Source: the human T2T-CHM13v2.0 reference genome, Homo sapiens. From it: a DNA stretch of 64,000 bases. The DNA lies in NCBI RefSeq assembly GCF_009914755.1, contig NC_060934.1; one strand, written 5' to 3'. The notes beneath the pieces were generated by a model. The model worked only from the letters and a program-made list of their open reading frames with translations, ran no database searches and had not been told where the DNA came from. The position numbers and the translations under genes were made by a program. Of the stretch, positions 15,114 to 30,109 are shown in pieces. Numbering within the stretch: the first letter of the stretch is position 1; every line of letters begins with the position of its first letter.

Positions 15114-15801
15114 CTAAAGGATGTGGCATAAAGATTAGCAACATACTAGATGGAGAAATCTCCACACTACTCCAAACACCACACACATGCTCTGGAATTT
15201 TAGAGAAATAAGTTGTAAATTCTACTTGCTACTCCAGTGCAAGGGAAAAAGGCTGACTTCACTGACAGTTATTTAGCAGTCAACAACACTCAAGCATTAA
15301 ACCTCAAGTATGTATAAGCGTGATGGTTAGCAACAGATTCCAGAAGGAAGAATTTGAAAATACATAATTATAGGATGCAGTTACACACTGTAAACCGAAA
15401 GGCTTCATATGTTGAGACAAATTTTAGCCAAGGATTAGAGCTCTGATTAGATCGTCTCACTTTAAGCACTGTTTCTTCATTAGTTCTACCGAATCTCTAG
15501 AGATTTTTGTGGATTGAGTTTTATCTAACTTGAACTAAGATAGTACCTTAGTTTGGGCATGATATTTATCACTCTGGTTTATTTAAAAATTCATTCACTA
15601 AAGATAATACACACATTTTTTGAAAGATTATGAGAAAAGTTGAGGGTACAGAGAGAATCTTGAAGACTGAATCTTTCATAGCTCTTAAGTGAGAATAATT
15701 GTGTCGGATATAGTACATAGTTTATACACTGAAGTATCTTCATTGCCATAGGCAAAAAAATAGATAAAATCAATACCAAGGGAATTTAAGATGATATCTT
15801 C

Positions 15802-16744
15802 TGATCTATGCACCCACAATCTATAAGAACACAAAGTTGTTTCGTAATAAAAAAAAATGAGAACAAAACAATAGTGTTTTAGTCTTTATTCTGTCATTTT
15901 TAAACCAGAACTGCTGCATCTCTATTGGCTGTAACATATGGCAGTCATAGAATGTGCTCACCATTGGCTGGCATTGACAAAATTATCAGAGTCACTATCT
16001 TTTACATTCCAGTAATACAGAGTTAGAATCTGGCTTTCTGATTTGTTATCTAATTTTGGAGGGGAAACTCTGAAAGGTCTCACTATGAGTTTTAAAAATA
16101 GAATACATTCTTAACTCTCCAGGGTGGGCGCCTATTTTCCTGTCATAGACAGCTTGGTGGATTTAGATGGCTCCATAGTATCTCTCCACTAGCTCTATGA
16201 TTGTATAACACGACAAACTACTCAGCAGAAGTAGGACCATATCTGCAATACATTACCTTCATTTGTGTTTAACTTAAGATTTGTGCCACTTATAGTTCGG
16301 GAGAACAAGGATAAAGATCTTAAGGATGGACTAGTATTCCAGGGTCCTATTGATCTGTCAGTCAAACTTCTTACTGAAAAGGTGAAATGGATAATGCTGC
16401 TTGGCAGTGTACAGATGTGGTTTTGTTTTGTTTTAGGGAAAATGGCCAATCACAAAAACAGCTGCCTTCCTGGAAAAGTGAGATTCTAACTCTTTGTGTT
16501 ACTGGCATGGAAAAGATAGTGGCTCTGATAATTTGGTCAGTGCCAGCCAATGGTGAGAACATTCTATGATTGCCATATGTCATGTGACCATATGTCACAA
16601 TCAGTAGAAAGGCAGTTCTGGTTCAAAATAACAGAATAAAGACTAGAACACTATTGTTTTGCTAGCAAAGTTTTGTTCTCATTTTTTTTTTTTTCTTATT
16701 ACAAAGTGACTTTGTGTTCTTACAGTTTGTGGGTGCATAGTTCA
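15802..16744. repeat. Long imperfect inverted repeat (arms 15802-16031 and 16481-16744)
   Basis: ctatgcacccaca...agagttagaatct is reverse-complementary to agattctaactct...tgtgggtgcatag along the full arms. Confidence 0.92.
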
Positions 16745-17542
16745 TGACAATGGGCGGGACATTTAACTTGTTTTTCCTCACTGTGGTATAGGTGGAATGA
16801 AAATAAAACAAGGTGTTGCTTGATCTTGTTTAGTGCATCTCCAATCTTGCTTATGACAAGTTTGAATCAGCGCAGTGAAGAGAGGGGAGAAAAACTGGAA
16901 AAATGTAGAGGTCTTGTGTAAATACACTAAAATTTGCAACACGTTTTTAATGGCAGTGTTATTTGTATTTTCTATGGTTGGTGGTTTCAAATGTTTGGAG
17001 AAAACCCAAAATTTTATTTTAAAAGTAAAGTCATAAGGACAGCAAAAAAAGCCAATAAAAAGTAATGAAAGTTTTCCTTATAGCTTAAACACGAATGACA
17101 AATATTTTTGAGCTAACTTTTGGAAATGTACACATCTTTGAGTGATAGACAATTAAAGAACCCAGGAAAATCCCTAAAATGGTATCCTATTGGGCAGGTA
17201 CTGAATGAATCTTTTTGTGGGAAAAGATGTCAGTTAATTTTTGAATTGTTTGGACAATCTCTGAAAGGACTATGAAGTAAGCATATGTATAAGCATAGTG
17301 AATACATACAAGTATGTATTCATTGACTTAGATTCATTGACTTAGATTAATAGCCTTACAAAAAGCAAAACCTATTTATAAATAATAAGCCAAAATGAAT
17401 AGGAGGAATAGATTAGATAGGAGTTGATTAAATAGATAGGAAAGACAGCAGGGAGTCATAAAATACATTTTTAAAAAATTTATCCATCTTTAATTCTGTC
17501 AACTATATTAGAGACCAAATGTTACCTAAGAGAGAGCTCTAA

Positions 17543-17872
<330 letters not shown>

Positions 17873-19221
17873 TCAATGAGGTTTTTAAAGTTCTTGAAAA
17901 CACTTAGTATTTTTAAGTAAACAAAATTGTCCCCGTGGTCTTGTTGACAACATCATTTCTGGCAACCTCCCTTCCCTTCCCCCCAACCATTATAAAGGAA
18001 AATTATAGCACATGTGGTGTTACATTTTCACCTCTGGTGACGGTATTAATGAAAATTAACTGTACTTCCCTCTGGACTCCTGCTAGAAGCACTGCATTTT
18101 ATAACTTTTATTTCTCTTAGAATTTTTGAATAAAATGGAAGAGTGACAATATGAAATGTACCAATTTGCTTTGATGGATACGTTAAAACTTGAATTGTCC
18201 AAAAATAGGATTGATGCGATATATTTTACAAAAAGCAAATACTAAGCAATATGAATAGTACGAAACCTACATATTTTACACACATATTTGTATATGTATG
18301 TAAAAACAATCTGAAGCTTGTGAAGAGTGGTTACCTCTGGGAAATGGAATGAACGGATAGAACTTACCATACGTTTGAACTGCCTGAGTTAGCAGAAACA
18401 TACATGTAAGCTCTTATTTAGAAAACCAGTAAAAATGTTGAAAAATTGAAATAAAAATACAGTTGTACTATATAGTAAAAATTCAGTTATTTGAATTTTA
18501 TGAAATTTCACAATAGTTTGGTTGTGTGTTGGTTTACAGTTTTTTACCTTTGCAGTTACTGGATTTGCTAAGCTAATAAGGTAAACTCACGACTGGTTAG
18601 TAACATAAATTGCTTCTAAGCATTTGAAACCACTGTATATTATCAAATTGTATAGAGATCAGAATTTTATCAGCACATTCATTTAAGTCCCATGACAAAT
18701 GGGAGATTTTGTTGACTTGACTCATTCTATAGGAGTTTGAAAACATTAAATGTAAAAAAAAGGTTAAAACTTCATAGAAAAAGAATGGATCCACTTTGAA
18801 AGTAAAGAGAAAAATCGCCGTCACCTCATTTATTATACAAATGGAATTCTAAGAAGACAGATTTGCCCAGACTTTTGGCAATCCAATGCTTAGCATACAT
18901 ACTGCTTCCTCTGGGAGATACTTCCCAGCCAGAGCTAGCTCTGGGAGGGATGGAACCACCCCAGACTAGTTTTCAGAACTGGGATACTAAGTGCTAGGGG
19001 GCTTACTATGGCAAACAGTGTTAACTATGCTGGTTCAGTCCAGGTTTGGACAGCATCCATGAGGTAAGTCAAATTCCCAGCATTCCAGCCCCATCAAATG
19101 GTTCCCAGGAATGACAGCCCAATGCTGCCCTCTTCTGTGCTGCTGAAAAGATCTGAATGGTCAAATACCTGATTTAGCCTAGCAAAAAGGAATACTTTTT
19201 CATTTGTTCTGGAAGAGAATA

Positions 19222-19513
19222 CACTTGTTCCTTAGTATCCACAGGGATTGGTTCCAGGACCCCTGCAGATAGCAAAATCTGCAGATGCTCAAGTCCCAGA
19301 TATAAAATGGTGCAGTATTTGCATATAAGCTACACATATTCTCCCATATACTTTAAATCACCTCTAGATAACTTATAATACCTAATATAATGTAAATGCT
19401 ATGTAAGTAATTGTTATACTATATTGCTTCTTACTTCTACTGTTTATTGTTTTATTTTCTCAAGGTTGGTTGAGTTTGTGCATGTGGAATGCCCAGATAT
19501 GGAGGTCCAATTG
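19222..19513 (+). mobile_element. MER2 (TcMar-Tigger) DNA transposon
   Basis: ggattggttccaggacccc...gatgctcaagtccc..ataaaatgg..cagtatttgcatataa...; flanked by TA. Confidence 0.85.
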
Positions 19514-20071
19514 TATAGTATTGAGGAAAAAGCACTTCACTAGAGGGCTAGGGATTAGGTTCTAGTCCCAGAGCTGCTGCTGTCTGGCTGTGTGATTTTG
19601 AGTAAATAAATTTATCTCCAATCTTCAGTTCTGAGATCTTGGAAACACAGTAATTTTAGTCTCAATGACCCATTTAGGTACTACATTCCCATTTTATGTT
19701 TTTGACAAGAGATGGTTCCCATGTCATATTCACCATATACTATTATAGTCCTCAAGCTCTTTTCCATTAGAAAGATAGATAGCAACATATGGAGTAAAGA
19801 GAAAAGCAACAGAAGTGTGACTCTTTGCAATTGCCCCAAAAATCTGAACAGAAAAATAATTTATAAAGTGTTTTTGTTATACCTATAGCTTCCAATGATG
19901 ATTATAACTATTTTTTAGCCTTTGGTTTTTCCATCTCATATGAAAGATATCTCTCAAAGCTTGTTTGTGAATGATCCTATTGTTTATACAATGCCTTCCT
20001 CAGTTATAAAACCTATTCTCTGATGACTTCACTCAATCTCTCTAAAATTACATTAACTTCAAGAAGTAATG

Positions 20072-20408
<337 letters not shown>

Positions 20409-22240
20409 TTATAGTGGATTTTTGTCTTTTAAACCTAAGTTCTTAATAAATATGTTAATATGTTATAATCATATTTTAAGCTGAAAAACAAAGATAACTT
20501 ACTCTAAGAAAATTACTTAATAGCTAACTTGCTGGTGCATATCTAGAATTCTAGGAGACCAAAGGAAATAGCCCTTATTGATTTGAGAGGTTTTGAAGTT
20601 ATTGTTTTTGTTTTCTCAGAGAAAAACTTCTTTATCCCCGCCTTCCACTTTTTTTGCATGGCTATATTTGTTTTCTTTTGTCCTGGATAGAAGAAAGTCA
20701 ACTTCTATCATGGGCAGCTATTATAAAGGAATGTGGTGGATTTAGATGTAACATTAGTATGTGATATGTTAAGCATAAAAGACAAGTTCGAAGCACTATG
20801 TGCTTTTTCTAGACCTTTCACTTTAAAATATCATATCTTGAAGACACTGATTATGAGAATAGCAAAAACTCAGAAAAACAGAATCAAGCATTCCCCCACC
20901 CCAACCCAGAGAACATGTGTGAGGTGACTGATTATGAGGATTTTATTGATAGCAGGTTAAATACTTGCAAATGTGCTAGACAGCAATAAGTAATTTGGCT
21001 TGCTTATATACATGGAATTTTCAAAGAAGTGATTCATGGTTTTTAAAGGAACCCTATTGAGCTTACAATTGATTTGCAGGATAACTCAAAATTTAGACAA
21101 CGATTTATTTTCTTCCCTAATGTTTCCAGAGTCTTAGAAAAACTGTATTAGGGCAGATTTGGTGGAGTTTCTTCATGAAAAGTGAAAAGCACCAGGATTA
21201 AGAAATTTTGGACACCTGTGCCAACTTCTGTGCTTTCTGTTGGGTCTCTTGACACTTTGGGATTGGTTAAGTTTGATAAATGGTTTTCAATAGATATTCT
21301 CTTCCTCTTTCTCTCTAGGGCAGTAACCAAGAAGCCTCAAGTTATTTGGATCATATTCAAAAGTCTGCGCATTGAAAATGGCTTTCTAGTTCTCTGAACT
21401 CAATTATTCTAACCCTTAGAAAGATCTGATGACGAAGTAATGAAGACAAGGGGGAGACTACAAGAAGCATTCTGTGGAACCTTACTACGCAAAAGGTAAG
21501 TGCTTCAACAGACCTTTGTGAAGGAAAGACAGAATATTTATTAATAGTGTTTTCAATTGTGCCGTAATAGGGAAGAATTCTATTTTCCTTTTTTTTTTAA
21601 ATTGACTCCTATACTTAAAAATGCAGCTTGATTTTTTTCTTGTGTGTTAGTAAAGTTAAACAAACACCTATTTCAGATTTTTTTTTTTTTTTACTTGACT
21701 TGCATTGTGTCACATATATCCATGCCAGGTTATAACCTCAAATTCTCAGCCACTGATTGCTTATGAAGAACTGGTTTTAATTTAAAAATTCTTAAGGCAG
21801 TAGGAATTTGAGACTGAGAAGGAAGCCTTTTAATTCTTTCATTCTCTTTCTTCTTTATCGTGCCTCATACCTTGTTACAGTTTCTAAGGTTTCAATTAAA
21901 CATTTCATTTGATATGAACTACTGTGTCACCAAGACAGAATCTTTGCTCATTCACATAACACTTCTTCAAGGAAAGCAGGATACAAATGCCAAGAATTCT
22001 CAAATAAAACTACAACCGCCACATATCAAATAGGCCTATACAGAATACCATGCAACATGGCTTCTTTTCTTTTTGGTTGTTGTTTTTACAAGCTTTCAAG
22101 GGTGCAAAAAAATTACACAAAGCCATTTCATTATCAAGCATGCTGAAATTTCACAACCACAAGGAAGGAGTTTCTACAACCACAAGGAAGGAGTTTCTAA
22201 TAGTAGAGCAATGCCACATAATGATCCAGCTACAGGATAC

Positions 22241-22327
22241 CTTTATAATCAAACGCCGGCGAATAACTCGGGTAGTGACTCTCCGCTCTTCCTCTGAGCT
22301 TGAATCACTCTCACTGTCTTTCAAGTC
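22241..22327 (-). CDS. ANK3: ANK3 cassette exon, 87 nt: DLKDSESDSSSEEERRVTTRVIRRRLIIK
   Basis: tttgtcag|GAC...AAG|gtatcc; phase 0/0; the TRVxRRRxIIK box resembles sAnk1/ANK2 obscurin-binding region 1. Confidence 0.92.
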
Positions 22328-22551
22328 CTGACAAATGCATTTTTAGTATAATTTTACCATCACACTTAAAATAAAAGACATTCTGAGAAGGGAAATCAAG
22401 AAAGAATTACACTTACTTGATGTTTTCTTCTTTTTTTTTTTTTTTTTTTGCCGACTAAAGAAAACCATGATGTATATTTGTGAGAGTCTTAAAAAAAATT
22501 TAAGTGGAAGAAAATTTTTGACCAGGATTCTAAGTGAAATTACTCTGTGCA

Positions 22552-22576
22552 TGTGTGTGTGTGTGTGTGTGTGTGT
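22552..22576. repeat. (TG)n microsatellite
   Basis: About 12 TG units. Confidence 0.9.
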
Positions 22577-22811
22577 ACAGGTAAAGATCAAGGTAGTTAT
22601 AAGTTATTAAAAAATAATTATGGAGACTTTTTGGCAGCAGAAACTACAATTAAATCATTCATATTCCTTTTAAAACTAGTTTAAAATCTATATTCATCTA
22701 CCATGAAGGTGTATACCCTTGTAAATTGGGCCATATTTCATTTGATCTACAGAAAGAGGCATAATATTTTGGACTTCTATGAAATTTTGGTCAAATTTGA
22801 CAACCTTATTA

Positions 22812-23126
<315 letters not shown>

Positions 23127-24446
23127 TTATATTAGCATATTTTGGCACATATATTTATATTCAAGAGATTAATATCAGCATAATTTGTACCTAACACATA
23201 ACTGGTACTGAGAAAGAATTTAATGAAGGAATAAATGTATGAAAGCTTGAAATCTTTTTTTAAAGAACTGATAATGAAATTAGAATATAAAATAGAATAC
23301 CTTTCACAGACAAGAATATAGTTGCTGCACAAAATATTAATTTTTAGGCAATAAAGGTGGGAATCTGGAAAAACTACCAAGGGGCAAATAGTTCATAATT
23401 TGAAGGGGAAAATATCTTTAGCTTTCACTTAGATGCCATGGGGAAGAGTATTTACTGAGTGGTTAAATTTCTAAATTTTAATGGTGGAACTATGAAAATA
23501 ATTCTGGTACTTTATCTTTGAAGTTAATTCATTACCTCAAATCTAATAGTCCCAGAGACAGAATTTAGTTAACATCCGCTGGAAAAATGAATTCCAGTAT
23601 TTGTTTAAAAAAAAAAATAAAACTGCTATAGGAGGTACAGGTGTTAGATAAAATGCTTTATGAAATGTTAGTTGTATAGATAATAAACTAGGCCATCTTT
23701 TTCATCAACAGTAAACTTGACAAGTATTTTAAAATGTTAAACAGTACTATCAGCCTTGACTTTACAGGAAATTTCACCTCAACAAACCACCCCACTGAAT
23801 AATATGGTTTTAAAAGAAAATCATAGCCACTATCCTTACAAGGAGTAAGAACTTGAACTAAGTTTGCTATTATTATTTTAAATTTTTCAGTAAAGGACAG
23901 TAAATTTAGGAGACTTAGAATGATTTAAGTATTGTGGAAGGAAGCTTTGCAAAGGCTCAAGAAGTCAGAAAGAGGTAAAAGGAATCTGTGTTGACGAAAG
24001 AAAAGAATTATTAGCATTCCAGGATTAATGGGTTGGATGAGGCAAAAGGGAAAACTGAATCTGAATTATCTGTACATGGAATCATAAGTTGAGGAAAGGT
24101 TTTCACTTGGGTGAATTCAAAAGTAGAAGAGCATCTATGTTAAAGCAAACACAAACAACAAACCTAGAGGTGATTATAGCATAATCCTACAAAAAAATCA
24201 TGTGAGGCCAACCCCTTACATAAAGAAAAAGTGGCCATTTGGTCATTGTTTCAGTTTCCACTTTTTCCCTGGAATCTCTGCTAACCTTAAAGTGAAAATG
24301 GAGGAAGAATCTCAGGCTCAGGATTCCTTTTAGTGAATTATCTAGGAATTGGTAAAGGGGAAAACAAGGAAACCAAATGGAATTTTCTCAGTACTCTTTG
24401 CCATGGGTTGCTGCATGGAAACAGGTGGAAAATAGCAGAATTTTAC

Positions 24447-24497
24447 CTTATAACAGCAGGCAGTCATCCGTGTAGGAGCCGCACCCGGACTTTTGAC
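24447..24497 (-). CDS. ANK3: ANK3 cassette exon, 51 nt: VKSPGAAPTRMTACCYK
   Basis: aatcag|GTC...AAG|gtaaaa; phase 0/0; CpG-rich island within an AT-rich intron; weak pyrimidine tract. Confidence 0.75.
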
Positions 24498-26427
24498 CTG
24501 ATTTTTTAGGGGATAAAAAGGGGGCTGTTTTCTGAGATCATACATCAGATGACCTAGTTGGTTGCTATTATACTATGGTATAGCCACAAACGATACATCC
24601 TAAACATCTTTGGTTTTCTTGTGAGGTCAGGTTCATGTCTCCTAGAAGCTTTAACTCCATTATGGATTTTTTAGGTCATGAAGTCTTTCTGCATTATAAT
24701 AGGACTCGAAACCAATATCAGAGGCACAAACTCATTTACAAGAAATCCTGAAAATGTTTTCTAATGGTAAATTATTTTCCATTACTGACAAACTCAGCTA
24801 AGTTTCCACTCAAGGTTTAAAACTAAATTTTCAACCGTCTTTATGCCAATGGCCAATATGATTTTCCAGTGGCCCATACATATGCACATGTACACACACA
24901 GCGGTGTTTATATGTGTTTGTATAGAAATTTGCCTTTAGAACTTTAACAGGCTTTTGCAGAATAAATATTCACAGGAAAAATACCACTATGTTATTGCTT
25001 CTCTCTATATTTTGTGGGATCATTTTAAAAGGAAACTTATCCAAAACTCACACCACTTAAATATACTAAAAGTCAAGTCAAAGACAGAAATCAGTATTCA
25101 AAACCACACTTGTCAGGACGGAGTTAAAGAAGGCCTGAAAAAGACTTAAAAGAGCTTAAAACTAAAACAAAACCATTAATAAAAATTTAGTGAAGGCAGT
25201 TATTAAATGAGCTGGAGATTATTTTAGGATATCATTTAAGCAACTGATTACCACCACCAAATCTTATATCAAAGCAACTTACTTACAGGGAAAAAAAAAT
25301 AGATGATCTAGAACTAAACTTCCTCTTACTCTCCCTTCTAACAAGCCTGAAAATAGTCAGATATTGTCTGCAGAAGGGAATAGGAAAGGATGTGATTACT
25401 GATAAGCTGAGAATCAGCTCCTGAGCGACTGAGTTTGCTAAAAGTCTTCCTAAACCTCAAATCAATCTTGAACTCATTATTTCAGAAAAGACTTGTTTTT
25501 TCCTCCCAAAACACTAAAGTGGGTCTTCAGTGAACTGGATATGTCTCAGCGAAAACTGCAAGTGCTACTATTAATCTCTGTCTATTGCAGAATTGATGAA
25601 AAGACATAAAAATTGGGAGAGTAAAAAGCAGTAAAAAATGTAGGAAACAGAGCTGCTTTTTATTTTCTTATATCCACGTATGAGTCATCATTTCAGTTTA
25701 AAATACTTTTAATATCTAAAAATAGAGTAAACCTCAAAGAAAAAAATCTATTAGATTGTACCACAAAAGTACAAAGAACAAGCAAATCTATCACAGTGAG
25801 GTTTTAAAGTGATTAGAAATACATGTTAAGACAATCATCATCAACTTATATAAATTATAAAAATTATACTTCTAATTTTAAATTTCTAACTAACTGCTGT
25901 CAACTCACCTCATTTTAGGCTTGGAATTTCATCTCTTTAATTTTTAAAACACGCTTTCAGACAACAGACCATACAGAACAGAACTTAGATGGGTCAGATG
26001 CTATAGACTGTTTATGCCAAGGAGCCAGAAAGGATCAGAATGATTATCCTCCTCCCATAAGGAAGAACACGGAGTGGGAGTTAGGAAACCTAAATCCCAG
26101 ATAAAATACTGGGTCTTAAACTAGTTACTTAACGTCTCTCTGGTTCTTGTCCCTCCTAAAAATGGCTAAACAGATACTTATTCCCTTTTCCTGCACCATG
26201 AATGAAGGTATAACGAAATGGCATACATTTTACTTGGAACTTTTTTTTTTACCTATGTGTTTAACTCAGTACTTTCTTTACCTCCACCATTAGTGCTACA
26301 ATTTCACACATTTATAATTTAGAAATCGTAAAAAACCTTGGGCCCCAGGCTGCAAGATCAATCCAAAGAAGTAAAGCACCGATACTTTCCATTTCAATGA
26401 CTGCTACCGGATGACCAGATGACGTAC

Positions 26428-26806
26428 CTTTTGCTCAGACCCACTGGACCCCTCTTCTTCATGGAGGCTAAGCCTTGGCTTGCCATCTGCTGGAGAAGTC
26501 CTACTCATCTTTTTCATACTGACAGGCACACAGGGTTTAGTCTCTTCTATTATAAGCTTGCTGGTTTCTTCTAGAGATTTCTGATATGCTGCTAGTGGTG
26601 ATGCTGGTTCTTCAACATGACCAGATCCATGTATTTTTGGTTTCAGAGTTTCCTTGGTACTCTGTTTTCCTACATCATTTTGGGATTCTGGAAAGTAAGA
26701 TTTTGTCTTTGCTTCTGGAGTGATTTCTGTATGGCTTCCATTTGCTTCAAATTTGCCAGCTTCTCCTTTGAGATATGAGGTAATGGAATCTCTACACTGG
26801 TCAGGG
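26428..26806 (-). CDS. ANK3: ANK3 exon 42, C-terminal regulatory domain (SPDQCRDS...SSGSEQK)
   Basis: ttgcag|CCC and AAG|gtacgt; 379 nt, phase 2/0. Confidence 0.95.
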
Positions 26807-26957
26807 CTGCAACAGAAAATTTGCAAATTCACAATGGCAAACTATGACTGAATATAGGTTGCAGAAACTCTAAAGTTTTAAGAACTGTGTCTTTTGCCTA
26901 CTTCTGAAGGCATAAAATAGAAAAGTGTGAAAAGTGTGGCCACTGGATTTAAAATGT

Positions 26958-27255
26958 AGCTGGGCGCAGTGGCTCATGCCTGTAATCCCAGCACCTTGGG
27001 AGGCTGAGGCGGGAGATCACCTGAGGTCAGGAGTTCGAGACCAGCCTGGCCAACATGGCAAAACCCCATCTCTACTAAAAATACTAAAATTAGCCAGGCG
27101 TGATGGCACGTGCCTGTAATCCCAGCTACTCAGGAACCTGAGGCAGGAGGATTGCTTGAACCCGGGAGGTGGAGGTTGCAGTGAGCTGAGATTGTGCCAC
27201 TGTATTTCAGCCTGGGTGACAGAGTGAGACTCTGTCTCAAAATAAATAAATAAAA
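26958..27255 (+). mobile_element. Alu
   Basis: Consensus plus (AAAT)n tail; TSD taaaatgta. Confidence 0.95.
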
Positions 27256-27511
27256 TGTAAAGGGCTCTCATGGGTGCGGTGTCAGGAGGTGCTACACAGC
27301 TTCTAGACATCCCCCATATCTCAGTTGCCAAATTGCCTAGCTATGCTCTCATCTAAATAAACAAACTGCAGTTCTACAGCTACTTGAATTCTATCATCTT
27401 GATGAGTGATCCTGAAAGGCTCATGGACATACCTAGAGTTCCAAGCCCACCAATCTTAAAGGAGAAGAGATTTCAGAACGCTTCTCTATCACCAGTAAAA
27501 AATAAACTGCT

Positions 27512-27868
<357 letters not shown>

Positions 27869-29537
27869 TCATGAATCCTGCCGTTACTTTTCCAACTCTA
27901 ATACCTTTACTTGAATCTCATTTTTCTCTACTCTTGACCTCTGCTAATCTCACTAGTGATTTGAGGGTTGCACACCCTTTTCTACCTACTGAGAGAACTG
28001 TTTTTCCCTTAACTATTAAAACTCTTTCCTTTCCAATGCTTTCTTTTAAATTGACTTCTAAGTTTTTTACAAGTTTCAGTATAGACTATTTTTCACTTTT
28101 TTTGTAGCTTGCGTATTATTTTGAGCATCTTTGTTTATTACCGCTAGAAGGCAATAACTAGTACAATGCTTTATATGTATAATATATACTTATATATGTG
28201 TGTGTATTCCTTTAAATCAGATTCTGATTATCTGAACATACTTATTTTTAAAAGACATCCATAGCACACTCTATTCTTTATGTGTAAGGATAAACAATCC
28301 AAGCATACTGTGAAGATCCTGTAACATATAGCTTTATGACTTTGGTTTAATTTTCTATTCCCCAGTCCACATTGCTTGCCGGCGTTCTCCTACCCTGCAT
28401 ATTCTGATAACAGGAGCAAAGTGACTGGCATTTTCCTCCTTCTATGGAACCAGGGGATTCACTAGTGTTTTTTCTATATAATTCACTGGCAGAGCCTATA
28501 TAAAACAAGGAATTTCAGCGGTTTAATAATGATGAACACCTTTCCTATATCTATTCCCTGATATGTAACTATAAATTGTGTGACTATATCTGAACATAGA
28601 CATCAAAATTAGTACTGTTTGTCTTCTTTGCAATTGTCTCTTTTGTAGGCTGTAGATAAAGTTCATTCATGCCTGCAATTTTTCAAAAGTAGTTTTGTAA
28701 ACTCCCTCTTTGGGAATTTTTATTGAGCAAGAAGCTTATTAATGACATAAAAATATAAAATATGGTTATGAAATAAGTTCTCTTGTGTCCAATTTAATCA
28801 CTAGCTGGCACTGAAGTAAAATATATTTTAGTCTAATGTGTATGTAAATAAAAATAATGCCTAGTGCTACTGAGAAATTACTATTTGTGTCAGTCATTTG
28901 GTAGACATGATACATCCTCTCTTTTTCTATCTATAAATCTGTTTAAGGAAGGTAGTAGTATTCTTATATTTAAAGATAATTAGAGTGACATTCTTAGAGC
29001 TTAGAGATTCATCCCAAATCACAAACTACATTCCTAATGGTGGTGGGATTTGAAACTATGTCTCAGATTCTAGACTTTCACCTTTCTAGAGCAAGGCCAG
29101 TATAAGAATTAACCAAATTCATGACCAGGAAATTATTTTGGGTAAAGACAAATGTGACCAGGAAATTATTTTGGGTAAAGACAAATGTTCATCATGGCAA
29201 TATTATTTGGTGTAAAAAACTGTGTATCTTTCAAATTATGAAAAATAAGACTCGTGGAAAAATAGAAGGATATGTAAAATCAGTTTTTCCTAGTATGGTA
29301 GGAGAATGGATGGCTTTTCTTTTTGCTACTCTGCACTTTTTACATTAAGACATTTAAAAAATCATGCGTAGAAGAAAATCCACCAAAATGTTATTGGTAG
29401 ATGATGGGGTGTATTGATTTGTTTAATCTGCATTTTAAGTTTTAATAATGAGCATATTTATGTTTGCAGTTAGGAAAAAAACAGTAATGTTTATATTTCT
29501 AAATAACATGGACTTTCATTCATTATTCTTCTTATGT

Positions 29538-29775
29538 TTTTGAGACAGAGTCTCACTCTGTCACCCAGGCTGGAGTGCAGTGGTGTGATCTCAGCTCACT
29601 GCAACCTCCACCCTCATGTGTTCAAGCAGTTCTCCTGCCTCAGCCTCCTGAGTAGCTGGGATTACAGGTGCGTGACACCACACCCAGCTGATTTTTGTAT
29701 TTTTAGTAAAGATGAGGTTTCACCATGTTGGCCAGGCTGGTCTTGAACTCCTGACCTCAGGTGATCCACCCACCT
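29538..29775 (-). mobile_element. Alu, 5'-truncated
   Basis: Consensus ends at gtgatccacccacctc. Confidence 0.9.
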
Positions 29776-30109
29776 CATTATTTTAAAGGAACAATAATTA
29801 CTGGCTATATGAAAAGAATCATACAAGTAATAAAGTAGAAAAGAATAGTATTCTAAAGTAAAGACAACGTTTAAATCTTGGGCATGTATGTAAATTTTCT
29901 TGTATTTTATTTCAACAGTTTTCAGAATTAAATTTAAATTTAAATTCACTTTCCTTTCCAGATTAGCATAATGAACTGGTCTTTAAAGCAGGTTTTATCC
30001 CAGAACTAGAATGGTAATTTAGAAGAAGTCACCACTAAAAAGCATGTATTTAAGATAAACGATTAACAAGTAACCTGTGTTCACTTTCCTTTTTTTGAAA
30101 CAGCCATAC

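Noticed and set aside
18556-18580. Plus-strand mini-exon tttgcag|...AAG|gtaaac (25 nt)
   Set aside because: Short, moderate donor; such matches are expected by chance in 64 kb.
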